Positions 9,899-18,581 of a DNA stretch of 64,000 nucleotides are shown here, piece by piece. The notes under the pieces were generated by a model. That model worked only from the letters and a program-made list of their open reading frames with translations, ran no database searches and was not told where the DNA came from. Within the stretch, counting starts at the first letter, position 1; the number at the start of each line of letters is the position of its first letter. Made by a program: the position numbers and the translations under genes. Source of the stretch: an uncultured Candidatus Saccharibacteria bacterium (GTDB taxonomy: Bacteria > Patescibacteriota > WWE3 > UBA101185 > UBA10185); assembly GCA_964643995.1 (NCBI GenBank), contig CAZXUJ010000001.1:5622-69621 (forward strand). The letters run 5' to 3'.

Positions 9899-11533
9899 TT
9901 AACCTAATAATGATTTATAGTATGCATCACGGTTGCTGGGATCTACCTGCATAAGTGAGAGTTTTTTGTTTCGAATGAGGTATGAACCTTTAATTTTTAT
10001 TTTGCTTAAGAAATCTATGTTATGTGATATTACAATGACTGCGCCTCTAAAGTTGTTTAATGATTTTATAAGAACCTCTACCGTTTCCACGTCTAGATTA
10101 TTGGTTGGTTCATCTAGCACAACTAGGTCGACTGGAAAAGTTGTTATCATAGACATTATTAATCTAACCATTTCTCCACCACTAAGATTCTTACCTAGTT
10201 TATTCATGTCAATTTCGGTTTTGAATTGAAACTTGCCTAACTGCTCTTTGGCTTTGGACTCAGTGATTAATTTGTTGTAATTCATCAAATTTTCCAAAAG
10301 GCTAAGGTCAGGTTTAATTAAGCTATAATGTTGGTCTACATAAACCCATGCTAGATCGCTTCCGACATATACTTCTCCAGATAGTTCAATATTTGCGGAA
10401 CTTGGTGCATTTACAGTGTTAGTTCCCTTGTTAATAAGGGCTTTTATCAAACTGGTCTTTCCTGAACCATTGTTTCCCGCTAAAACTATTCTATCTCCAT
10501 AGGTCAACGTTAAGTTAAAATCTGAAATTAGTACTTTATCTCCAACTTTTAGAAAGCCTTTTGTAACCTCAAATATCTTTTTATTAAGATGTTCCTTGGT
10601 GTTTTTAATATTTATAAATGCTAGGTGTCTATCTTCAGTCTCATTTTCATCGAGCTTTTCTTCAGCGCTTTCTACTAATCTTTCTAGCATGATGCTGCTA
10701 CCACGCTCTTTTGCTGATGCAGCATTTTTTCCTTCATTGTAGGCCCTCTTGTCAATACTGCCTTTTATAAAAGCTCTTTTTGCTTCATTAGCCTTTTTGG
10801 CGTTCTTTTCGAGTTCTCTTTGTGCAAGTTGTCTTGCTCTTTCGAGTTTCTCCTTTGCTAATTCATATTGCTTTTGAATGCCGCGTAAGTGTAGAGCTTT
10901 TTGTTCTTTATAAAATGTATAATTTCCACCGTATGTTGTGATCGTTTTGCCCTCTAGTTCCCATATGTTGTTTACTACTTGATCCAAAAAGTAGATGTCA
11001 TGTGACACAATCACATACGTATAGTTTGAGTGATTATTAATGAACTCAATCAAGTTGCTTGTTGAAGCTACATCTAGGTGATTTGTTGGCTCATCTAATA
11101 TTAATACGTCAGGATTATGCTTAAGTGCTATTGCTATATTTAGTTTCATCAACTCCCCCCCACTTAAAGTCTTTACCTCAGATTCTACATCTAAAACTAA
11201 TTTAAAAAGATTTTCGGTGTGACTTACAACATCCCACCACTCTTCATAAAACTGAGCTATATATTCAAAAATTTTCATATTTCCCTGTGGAATTGTAAGA
11301 TCAATTTGTGGAACATAGTAAGGCGAGCAGTTAATCTCTTGATTGCCACTTTCAAGTTTCAATTCACCAGTGAGAAGTTTAAGTAATGTACTCTTACCGC
11401 TGCCGTTGGCACCGACTATTGCTGTTTTATCGCCAGCTTTTACGGTAAGTTTGACCTTTTCAAACAAGTACTCTTCCCCAGAATACTTAAATGAGGCATT
11501 ATTCAGCTGTATTAGAACTTTTGCTATATCCAT
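9899..11533 (-). CDS. ABC-F family ATPase (tandem ABC domains, no TM)
   Basis: Two Walker A sites (GANGSGKST; GNNGSGKTS), two signature motifs (LSGGE x2), Walker B DEPTNHLD/DEPTNNLD, and a charged coiled-coil linker (KEKLERARQLAQRELEKNAKKANE). Confidence 0.85.
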   Translation of the reverse strand: MDIAKVLIQLNNASFKYSGEEYLFEKVKLTVKAGDKTAIVGANGSGKSTLLKLLTGELKLESGNQEINCSPYYVPQIDLTIPQGNMKIFEYIAQFYEEWWDVVSHTENLFKLVLDVESEVKTLSGGELMKLNIAIALKHNPDVLILDEPTNHLDVASTSNLIEFINNHSNYTYVIVSHDIYFLDQVVNNIWELEGKTITTYGGNYTFYKEQKALHLRGIQKQYELAKEKLERARQLAQRELEKNAKKANEAKRAFIKGSIDKRAYNEGKNAASAKERGSSIMLERLVESAEEKLDENETEDRHLAFINIKNTKEHLNKKIFEVTKGFLKVGDKVLISDFNLTLTYGDRIVLAGNNGSGKTSLIKALINKGTNTVNAPSSANIELSGEVYVGSDLAWVYVDQHYSLIKPDLSLLENLMNYNKLITESKAKEQLGKFQFKTEIDMNKLGKNLSGGEMVRLIMSMITTFPVDLVVLDEPTNNLDVETVEVLIKSLNNFRGAVIVISHNIDFLSKIKIKGSYLIRNKKLSLMQVDPSNRDAYYKSLLG

Positions 11534-11582
11534 ATAAGTGCAAGATACATTATAGCATTGTAGTTACAATGAAAACAAAGGG

Positions 11583-12190
11583 TTAAATATTCTGTGCACA
11601 ACGTGTAATAGTATCTGACCACTTTTGATAAATTTCCTTCATTTCATGTATAAACCGCGCGCGCTCACCATATTCATCGCCATATTTGCTTAATAGATCT
11701 AGATAAAACAAAATCGCCTGCCATTTCGAAACTGTGTAGTAATAAAAAAATGCGTAATTGGTGACATTTTTCTCCAAAGCAAATATGATCCCAGTCAATA
11801 AGCGAAATCACATCACGATCTTTGTGATCAATTAAAATGTTTCTTGGATTGATATTGTTATGAATTAGTGATTTAAGAGTGCTCTGCTCTAGATATTTAG
11901 AGTAACCCGCCATAATTGACGCATACAGATCCTCAATGTCATGTCCATTAAAAATTTCTAGTGTCTGCAATTTTGGAATTTCGCCAAGGAATCTTTCTAG
12001 CACACCCGTGGGGTTGGGTTTTGTTGGGATATTATGCTTAAGCAATGCTGCGCAAACAGTGACCTCATTATCGTAACCGGTTACCTGATCAGGCGATGCA
12101 GAAACAATCAAGTAAAGATGTTTAGAGCTCCAGCCTTGGAGTTTTTCTAAGTTGATTATTTCATAATCATCAATGCTACCTCGGTTATTT
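11583..12190 (-). pseudogene. Disrupted aminoglycoside/macrolide phosphotransferase (APH)-family kinase gene
   Basis: ORF 11674-12111 carries the APH catalytic-loop region IHNNINPRNILIDHKDRDVISLIDWDH. The C-terminal remainder continues in another frame (ORF 11583-11798) across an A7 homopolymer at ~11744-11750; upstream N-terminal region is also broken by stops. Confidence 0.5.
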
Positions 12191-12415
12191 TTTCCTGACG
12201 TGAGCCCTTATTACCCAAAGTCATTTTCACAATAACGACATCTTTTCCCTATTAGATAAGACGCGCGATTGTACCACCTGCATATATCTCGGCATTGTCT
12301 GGATGTGAAAAAATTAATAGAATCTTGTTTTTATTGTCAAAAATTTTGTTAAAGCTATCTCCAAACATAACTTTATTATAAACGACCTTAAAGCTATGAC
12401 AATTGCAAATTCAAT

Positions 12416-12491
12416 TGGTGGGAAGAGTGGGAATCGAACCCACATAGCCGGTTTTTCAGACCGGTGCCGTGACCGACTTGGCTATCTTCCC
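12416..12491 (-). tRNA. tRNA-Phe (anticodon GAA)
   Basis: Reverse complement GGGAAGATAGCCAAGTCGGTCACGGCACCGGTCTGAAAAACCGGCTATGTGGGTTCGATTCCCACTCTTCCCACCA; anticodon stem CCGGT/ACCGG, loop CTGAAAA. Confidence 0.85.
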
Positions 12492-12545
12492 TAATGCAGT
12501 GCAAAATATCAAGTTGATTGTATCAGATTATTTTGTGGTGTCATA

Positions 12546-14117
12546 CTAAAGTGGTTGTTTATATCTATAGATGACATAGTTTTCTCCTTCAGCCAAGACG
12601 TCTTGCGTGGGTCGAGGTTGTCTATCAAAACTCTGAGGTTTATCAACCCAAACAAAAGCTTCAAACTCAAAATCATCCCACGCAATACCTTGAACGTAAT
12701 ATTTGGAAAGTCGGTACTTTTCATTAGATTTATACTTCGATATCGCAAGTTCATGCAACTTGCTGCCTATTTCCTCCCAGTTGCGGTTGTAAGGAAAGCC
12801 AAACACACCTAACACACCTTGATTTTTTGCTAGGGAGGTGTCCATCGTGCCAGTAAGATATTTTTTTTCATTCCAAGGGTACTCTGGTGTTGTATTAATA
12901 AATGCCTGATGATTAAAGCTGATACTTATGAGTCCTACGAGAGCTGTAATAATGGCAAATATCCTTTTAGTTGATTGCATAGAGTTCGCGTATACTATTC
13001 CAAAAAGTATCAAAACCGGTGTTAAAAAGTTATAGATATGTGTGAGCGGTTTTTGAAACAAGAGGCCATATGTTATGAATGTAAATAAAAACCATATAGT
13101 GACAAAAAACTCAGACGTACTTTCCTTTCTGTCAGATCTCTTCCAAAACAGCAGGGCTAAGTAAACAAATCCGAAAATAACCGAAATGTAGATGAGCGCA
13201 GTGTTTGCAAATACATTGCAAAATCTAGCTACGATTGCAAACACGCCCAATACTAAAACTGACTTTTGGATAATAGTAGTGCTGTTTCTAAGCAAATGAA
13301 ACATCAAAAGAGCTGTAAAGGCTAAAAAAACCATGAGATATTCTTTTGGGTGATAAATGCTCATTAGTTTCACACTATAGTACAAAGAATCGTAGTTGAA
13401 TTCTGAACGTATGCGCTCGTTAGCTAAGTAAAGAAGTGTAGATCTGAAGTTTGGTTGTAGAAAAAATGGCAAATAGAACACACTAACTAGCGCAACAAAG
13501 GGGGTTGTGAGGTAACTAAGGTCAGTGACCTTCTTTTTTATAGTGCTATCTTGAAGAAACATTACAATATAAATTGGCAGTACAAAACTTAAGCTGTCAT
13601 AATGAAATAACAAGCCAATTCCAGCAAATAATCCAATGTATATAAGTTTCTTTCTGTTGTGATCTTGCAGATAACTTAAAAACGCATATACGGTAATCAG
13701 CGAAAATAAAATCACAAATGATTGGTATTGAACTATTCTTGAAAAAGCGATGTAAAGTCCCGAAATAGATATAAGTGTAGTTGAAATTAGTGCTGTTTCT
13801 TCGAAGAAAAATTTTCTACACAACTTGTACTGTACAAAAATTGAAAGTATTCCAGCTACAGCAAAAGGCAAGCGTACGAAGAATTCTTCGTTAGTGTCAG
13901 TTACCACAGCCACAGCATTTGCCATGTAAGAAATGATGTACTGCATAGGTCCAATTGTTCTTGAAAGCAAAAATGGGATAAGTCGTTCTTCACCAAAAAG
14001 GTAGTTTTGTGCCGAAACTTCGTCGCCTTGAAAATCTGAGTACCCCAAATTTATAAAACGGGCGGAGGTGGCTATTAATATTGAACAAATCAACACAAAT
14101 CTTAGGTGCCACGCCAT
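12546..14117 (-). CDS. GT-C fold membrane glycosyltransferase (ArnT/PMT, GT39/GT83-like), paralog 1
   Basis: ~11 TM helices; first extracytoplasmic loop RFINLGYSDFQGDE (DE motif of GT-C enzymes); soluble C-terminal domain. Paralog of 56717-58429. Confidence 0.62.
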   Translation of the reverse strand: MAWHLRFVLICSILIATSARFINLGYSDFQGDEVSAQNYLFGEERLIPFLLSRTIGPMQYIISYMANAVAVVTDTNEEFFVRLPFAVAGILSIFVQYKLCRKFFFEETALISTTLISISGLYIAFSRIVQYQSFVILFSLITVYAFLSYLQDHNRKKLIYIGLFAGIGLLFHYDSLSFVLPIYIVMFLQDSTIKKKVTDLSYLTTPFVALVSVFYLPFFLQPNFRSTLLYLANERIRSEFNYDSLYYSVKLMSIYHPKEYLMVFLAFTALLMFHLLRNSTTIIQKSVLVLGVFAIVARFCNVFANTALIYISVIFGFVYLALLFWKRSDRKESTSEFFVTIWFLFTFITYGLLFQKPLTHIYNFLTPVLILFGIVYANSMQSTKRIFAIITALVGLISISFNHQAFINTTPEYPWNEKKYLTGTMDTSLAKNQGVLGVFGFPYNRNWEEIGSKLHELAISKYKSNEKYRLSKYYVQGIAWDDFEFEAFVWVDKPQSFDRQPRPTQDVLAEGENYVIYRYKQPL

Positions 14118-14120
14118 AGG

Positions 14121-14894
14121 TTATGTGACCCCCTTAACTTTGGAAGCCATAATATCTGCGATGTCTATCACATTTAAGCCCTCGAGATCGTTTTTATCAA
14201 GTTTTTCAAACGCCATAGGTAGCTCGGTGCATCCAAGAAAGACATCCTTAATACTATATTCCTTAAGCTTTTTGACAAGTTCTTTGGTTCTAAGAACTAA
14301 CATATTAGGATCTTCAATGTTTTCTATATCTTTGTTAGCGCTAGAGTAATCAGCAGGTGTTTCGGAGGAAGCTTTGGTGCGCCATATAATCTCCTGAACA
14401 TGCTCCTGAATTTCATCTAGTCCTTTGTTTGTGGGGGTATCAAAATCAGTTGGATTTAGCAGTTTTGAAGTTACAGACGTTCCCAGCCATAATGGTCTTT
14501 TATCGCGTTCTGGGAAAGCTTCTTTTGCAATCTTAAAACTTGAAAATATTTCAAGCCCAGGCATATCCTCGTAAAATTCCCGGTGTTGCTCTAGGTCCTG
14601 AGCCCAAAACTGCAGGGTATTGCAGGCAATTATAATTTTGGTATGGCCTTTTTGCCATTCCTTTCTGATTGCATCTAAAAGATCAGCGTAGACACCTGGA
14701 TTTGTACTTCGAGTATTTTCTACAACTCGAGGTCTAATGCTAACTTCCTGATAGGCAATATCAAGCCCTTGAGCTTTAAATTTACTTTCGAAAGCCCGGC
14801 CAGAAGGCTCATCCGGGGCAATTATTACATACTGTCCTTCAGTTACCTTTTCAAAATTTTCGGTGTGTTCAATACTGTGGACTTCGTTGATCAT
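14121..14894 (-). CDS. Asp/Glu/hydantoin racemase superfamily protein (aspartate racemase-like)
   Basis: Two catalytic-Cys motifs: KIIIACNTLQF and VFLGCTELPM. Confidence 0.68.
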   Translation of the reverse strand: MINEVHSIEHTENFEKVTEGQYVIIAPDEPSGRAFESKFKAQGLDIAYQEVSIRPRVVENTRSTNPGVYADLLDAIRKEWQKGHTKIIIACNTLQFWAQDLEQHREFYEDMPGLEIFSSFKIAKEAFPERDKRPLWLGTSVTSKLLNPTDFDTPTNKGLDEIQEHVQEIIWRTKASSETPADYSSANKDIENIEDPNMLVLRTKELVKKLKEYSIKDVFLGCTELPMAFEKLDKNDLEGLNVIDIADIMASKVKGVT

Positions 14895-14915
14895 AAATAT
14901 ATCAGTTACATATTA

Positions 14916-14990
14916 TGGAGCGAGAGACGGGGATCGAACCCGCGACCTCTTCCTTGGCAAGGAAGCGTTCTACCACTGAACTACTCTCGC
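14916..14990 (-). tRNA. tRNA-Gly (anticodon GCC)
   Basis: Reverse complement GCGAGAGTAGTTCAGTGGTAGAACGCTTCCTTGCCAAGGAAGAGGTCGCGGGTTCGATCCCCGTCTCTCGCTCCA; anticodon stem CTTCC/GGAAG, loop TTGCCAA. Confidence 0.85.
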
Positions 14991-15047
14991 GAGCAAAGCG
15001 AGTGAGAGGTAGTGATGTACTCATCACGTCACTCTCGCAATCAAGCT
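14991..15047 (-). promoter_or_regulatory. Conserved structured leader/upstream element of tRNA-Gly(GCC) (hairpin GTGATG-TACT-CATCAC)
   Basis: Immediately 5' of the tRNA on the minus strand. Homologous element at 39809-39868 upstream of tRNA-Gly(CCC) with a compensatory T:A to C:G change. Confidence 0.45.
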
Positions 15048-15753
15048 AACGTCTAATATACATTACCTTTAATCCACTATCAATCGCTTGACGGACTCTG
15101 CTACAATGCCAACTAATGGATTGTCCATGCCTGTAAGGTCTACAACAGTCATGTTCATCGAGACCTCTATTGGGAACTGCGCACGGCCACACCACCATTC
15201 AAACTTGATATATCAGAATCTGTCTACAACCCATCTCTTGAGCTTTTGTGTGAACTAGACTTAAAACAAAATATGGAGATATTACGTATTCTGACTACCT
15301 ACGAATGCATAACCAAAGTGTTTTAGTGCGTACTCTGTTTGTGCACCATGACTATGAAATTTTTCAAACTGCGGTTATGGAGCTACAACTAGATGCTTAT
15401 GTAAGCGAGGACATACAAGTGCAGCTCGGCTTTTTTCATGATGCGTAGCGTAGAGAGGATATTTTAACTCTCGATGATCCTGATACGATTCAGTAGCTGC
15501 TTGATGAATACACTAGTTTAGAGGATCCCTTATCTATCAATGAATTCAAAACCAAATATAGTAACCATATGTCATCTATAAGATTTATGCAAATATGTGC
15601 AACGAGGTATCCTAAGGAAAAATATCGTTCGCGAGATCCGAACTCTGGCGAGACTCTTGAATACTCACATGAACATCACCAGAACACACCAATATCCATG
15701 TCTGAAATGCTTGCGATATTTGCTTTCCCCTACATTTTAAATACAATTAATTC

Positions 15754-17028
15754 GTGAGTGTAAACTTCCATCCCATTAGTGAAAAGATAAAAAAATCCTT
15801 ACTTGATGAAATTTTTATGAAGAGTCTTAAGAATCTTCACGTTTCACTTTTTACCTTTAGGGGGGCAGGAAAACCCTATGAACTACAATATATCCTAGAA
15901 AAGGAAAAAGAGTTTTTTAAACCTGATAGAGTATTTGTTTGGATTGATTTACGTTATATTTTTAATCAAGCTTTTCTTAGTCAAGCCTGCCATGTATATA
16001 CCTTTTCTAGCGAGATTAAGCTACCTGGTAAATTCGATGCATGGGAACAATATCTAGCATTCTTTCACGATGAGTATGTTGCAAAAGGCTACAACATTAC
16101 ATTTGTATTTCAAGGTATGCGTTTATGCTATTCATTAGGGTATGATCCTGTACCATATGTCAGTGTTATCTCAACATTGTTGAGACTAAATCCTGATAAA
16201 TGCTCTGGAATATTTCTAGTTGATAAAGAACTTGATAACAAAACAAAAAACACATTGCTAGATATTTATCAAAGCATGCTTCACGATATTGTATGGGGTG
16301 GGACAGTTCTGTTTGACATTGAGTCAGCCAAGTATTTGTTTGATCAAAACTCTAGTATTGTAACTGAGGTAAGATTCACTGAAGAGTTTAAAACAGCGCT
16401 TACAGAAATGTGCATAGGTGATCCTAATGCTACCAAACATTTTATAATGAAAGTTTATGCGGAGCCGACCTTACAAGAAAAATTTGTAGCGGGGGACAGC
16501 AGTGCTAGATTTGATTTGTTTGATTCTGTATGGCTAAACACAAGGTTTGAGGATATCCTAGACAATCTCACATTTGCATCAAAACATTTCCTTCTGACAC
16601 AAGAGGGCACACCATCTGAATTCTTACTTAAAACAGGCTTGGTATCTGAAATGCCCATAGCGCACGGATATAAAGTTATGAGTAAGCTTTTTGAGCTATG
16701 GCTCAATCACAACAAGAGCAGGTTACTCGCTCCTGTAGAACAAACAATCACTCAAATAACTTCAAATGATAATAAGGCAATTGGAACAAAAATTAATGAT
16801 GCATTAACTGCACAAGAACTACTTGTCTTTGAATATCTACAAAAACACTATAGTGAACTTGTGACGAAGGATAGTTTAGCACAAGTGATATGGGGTAATG
16901 ATTGGGAAGAAAACTATAGTGACTGGGCACTAGATAAATTGACATCTAATCTTAGAAAAAAGCTGAAGGAAACTAATGCTCCATTTAACTTAAAGTCTTC
17001 AAAAGGTAAAGGCGTTGTACTGATATAA
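15754..17028 (+). CDS. Putative transcriptional regulator: C-terminal OmpR/PhoB-type winged-helix DNA-binding domain, novel N-terminal domain
   Basis: C-terminus LLVFEYLQKHYSELVTKDSLAQVIWGNDW...LDKLTSNLRKKLKE...KGKGVVLI matches the Trans_reg_C pattern. No receiver domain. N-terminal ~300 aa unassigned (FTFRGAGKPYE is a possible P-loop-like segment). Confidence 0.5.
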   Translation: MSVNFHPISEKIKKSLLDEIFMKSLKNLHVSLFTFRGAGKPYELQYILEKEKEFFKPDRVFVWIDLRYIFNQAFLSQACHVYTFSSEIKLPGKFDAWEQYLAFFHDEYVAKGYNITFVFQGMRLCYSLGYDPVPYVSVISTLLRLNPDKCSGIFLVDKELDNKTKNTLLDIYQSMLHDIVWGGTVLFDIESAKYLFDQNSSIVTEVRFTEEFKTALTEMCIGDPNATKHFIMKVYAEPTLQEKFVAGDSSARFDLFDSVWLNTRFEDILDNLTFASKHFLLTQEGTPSEFLLKTGLVSEMPIAHGYKVMSKLFELWLNHNKSRLLAPVEQTITQITSNDNKAIGTKINDALTAQELLVFEYLQKHYSELVTKDSLAQVIWGNDWEENYSDWALDKLTSNLRKKLKETNAPFNLKSSKGKGVVLI

Positions 17029-17140
17029 ATGAAAACAGGCTAGTCAACATCTCAAAATAAATAATATCCTGGCGGGGATAGAATGATATTTTGGTTAGTC
17101 TTCTAGCCTGTAAGTTCTCGTTAAACGAGTCTACTGTTAG

Positions 17141-18085
17141 CTACCTACTTACAACGTCTTCCGGGAGAGGTACATAGGTTGTACCAATGCTTCCAATACC
17201 CTCAATTGCGATGTAAGCGTTTTCACGTGGAATTGTCATGTAGCGCCCGGAATCACCTTCGCTGACAATTGAAATTCCCTCACGATGAGTCGCTACATCT
17301 AAGCAACTGGCGCCTTCGCCACATCCTGAGGAACCTACATAAAAACTTACCCCTGCGCGCTCAAAACTTGCAAAACCCGATTTGTAGTTCGCGCTTTCAA
17401 GCCAAAGCCAATCACCGGTGTAGGTGATGGTGAAGAAGTACCTCTCTTGGTTTCTTTCTCCCTCACTTGGGAATGTTTCAACCAAAAGCTCTATGATCGA
17501 GAAAACCGGCAATTCAACGAAGAATCTTCTGCCTGATGCAACCACGTAATTGTCAATGGTCGCATCATAGAGCGTTAAGTCAGCATTAGCAGTCAAGGTC
17601 ACATCGAGTAAAAAGGTCCCCTCGTCGAGGCCAAACTCCAAACCAGCGGGCAACCAGTTTTGCCCGATTTTGTTATCCAGATGGGCGTAAACTTCGATTT
17701 CACCCCACCGATAACCCCCATTAGGTAAACCGTTATGCAAGTACTGCTCCCAGCTGACTCTGATAGTTTCCTCGTCTAGGCTGGACAAGCGCAAACCATT
17801 TTGCGTCTCCTCCCACTGTGTGTAAACTTCAACATCACAGGTTTGGTGCTCGTAAGGAACTTGATCCCCATCACCCTTAATTTGAACTACACAGGGTGTG
17901 CTGGTAGGCGTTTCGGTTGGGGTATTGGTTGGCGTGCTTGTCGGCGTTTCGGTAGGGGTATTGGTTGGTGTGCTTGTCGGCGTTTCGGTTGGGGTATTGG
18001 TTGGTGTTTGAACACTCTCAGGACAGCCGCAGGCACTGAAAAACAATACCATAAATACAAAACTAATAACCAATTTCTTAGACAT
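17141..18085 (-). CDS. Lipoprotein/secreted protein with Thr-Pro tandem-repeat linker
   Basis: Signal peptide plus Cys (LFFSACGC); PTNTPTETPTSTP x3 encoded by a 36-bp tandem repeat; globular C-terminal domain unknown. Confidence 0.6.
   Translation of the reverse strand: MSKKLVISFVFMVLFFSACGCPESVQTPTNTPTETPTSTPTNTPTETPTSTPTNTPTETPTSTPCVVQIKGDGDQVPYEHQTCDVEVYTQWEETQNGLRLSSLDEETIRVSWEQYLHNGLPNGGYRWGEIEVYAHLDNKIGQNWLPAGLEFGLDEGTFLLDVTLTANADLTLYDATIDNYVVASGRRFFVELPVFSIIELLVETFPSEGERNQERYFFTITYTGDWLWLESANYKSGFASFERAGVSFYVGSSGCGEGASCLDVATHREGISIVSEGDSGRYMTIPRENAYIAIEGIGSIGTTYVPLPEDVVSR
17895..18010. repeat. 36-bp tandem repeat x ~3.2 (ggtgtgcttgtcggcgtttcggttggggtattggtt), in-frame within CDS 17141-18085
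   Basis: Three near-identical consecutive 36-mers seen directly; encode TPTSTPTNTPTE units on the minus strand. Confidence 0.85.
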
Positions 18086-18581
18086 GTTTTTGTCCTCCGT
18101 ATTGACTGTTGATAAGGATTAGTATTAGCTTCTCCGCCAAGAAGCTAAAGTAACCGCGCTGAATACAAATTATGTATTGTACTCAAAACGGTTACTTCAA
18201 CATAGCGGAACAGCTTAGCTAACAGTAGGTTTTCAATGTTCAGAAACCTTGTTTGCAACAAAATTTCTGACCCCATTTTATACTATAGGTTGTCTGTAGC
18301 TTGAAGTATCTTGAGCCAACCTGACATATTCTGACTAGCGTTTTTTGCTTTAGTTATAAATGAAATTTAAGGTTTATGGAGCACCAGTCGAGTCTGGAAA
18401 CCCACAAGCAAATTATACTCTCCAGGCTAGAAATGAGACAAATAAGACACTATAAAAAAGGGAATGGTTCTATAATTCTCTAGGTTATGCAATTTTGCCG
18501 AGAATCGTTTGGTTAATAGTTTTGTATATAGTATTTAAGCCTCGTCAGTACGTTGTAGCCAGTGATATAATCGCAATTGAA

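Noticed and set aside
9933-10229. Plus-strand 98-aa ORF inside ABC-F gene
   Set aside because: Antisense to a well-supported ABC-F CDS.
15085-15110. TTGACG...TACAAT promoter-like hexamers
   Set aside because: Spacer between the hexamers is only 8 nt, incompatible with sigma70 geometry.
15569-15757. 62-aa ORF upstream of the regulator gene
   Set aside because: Short, no RBS or motif evidence; probably part of the ORF-poor spacer.
17801-18112. Plus-strand ORF with RRFGWGIGW repeats
   Set aside because: Antisense reading of the 36-bp tandem repeat of the lipoprotein gene; repeats create spurious open frames.
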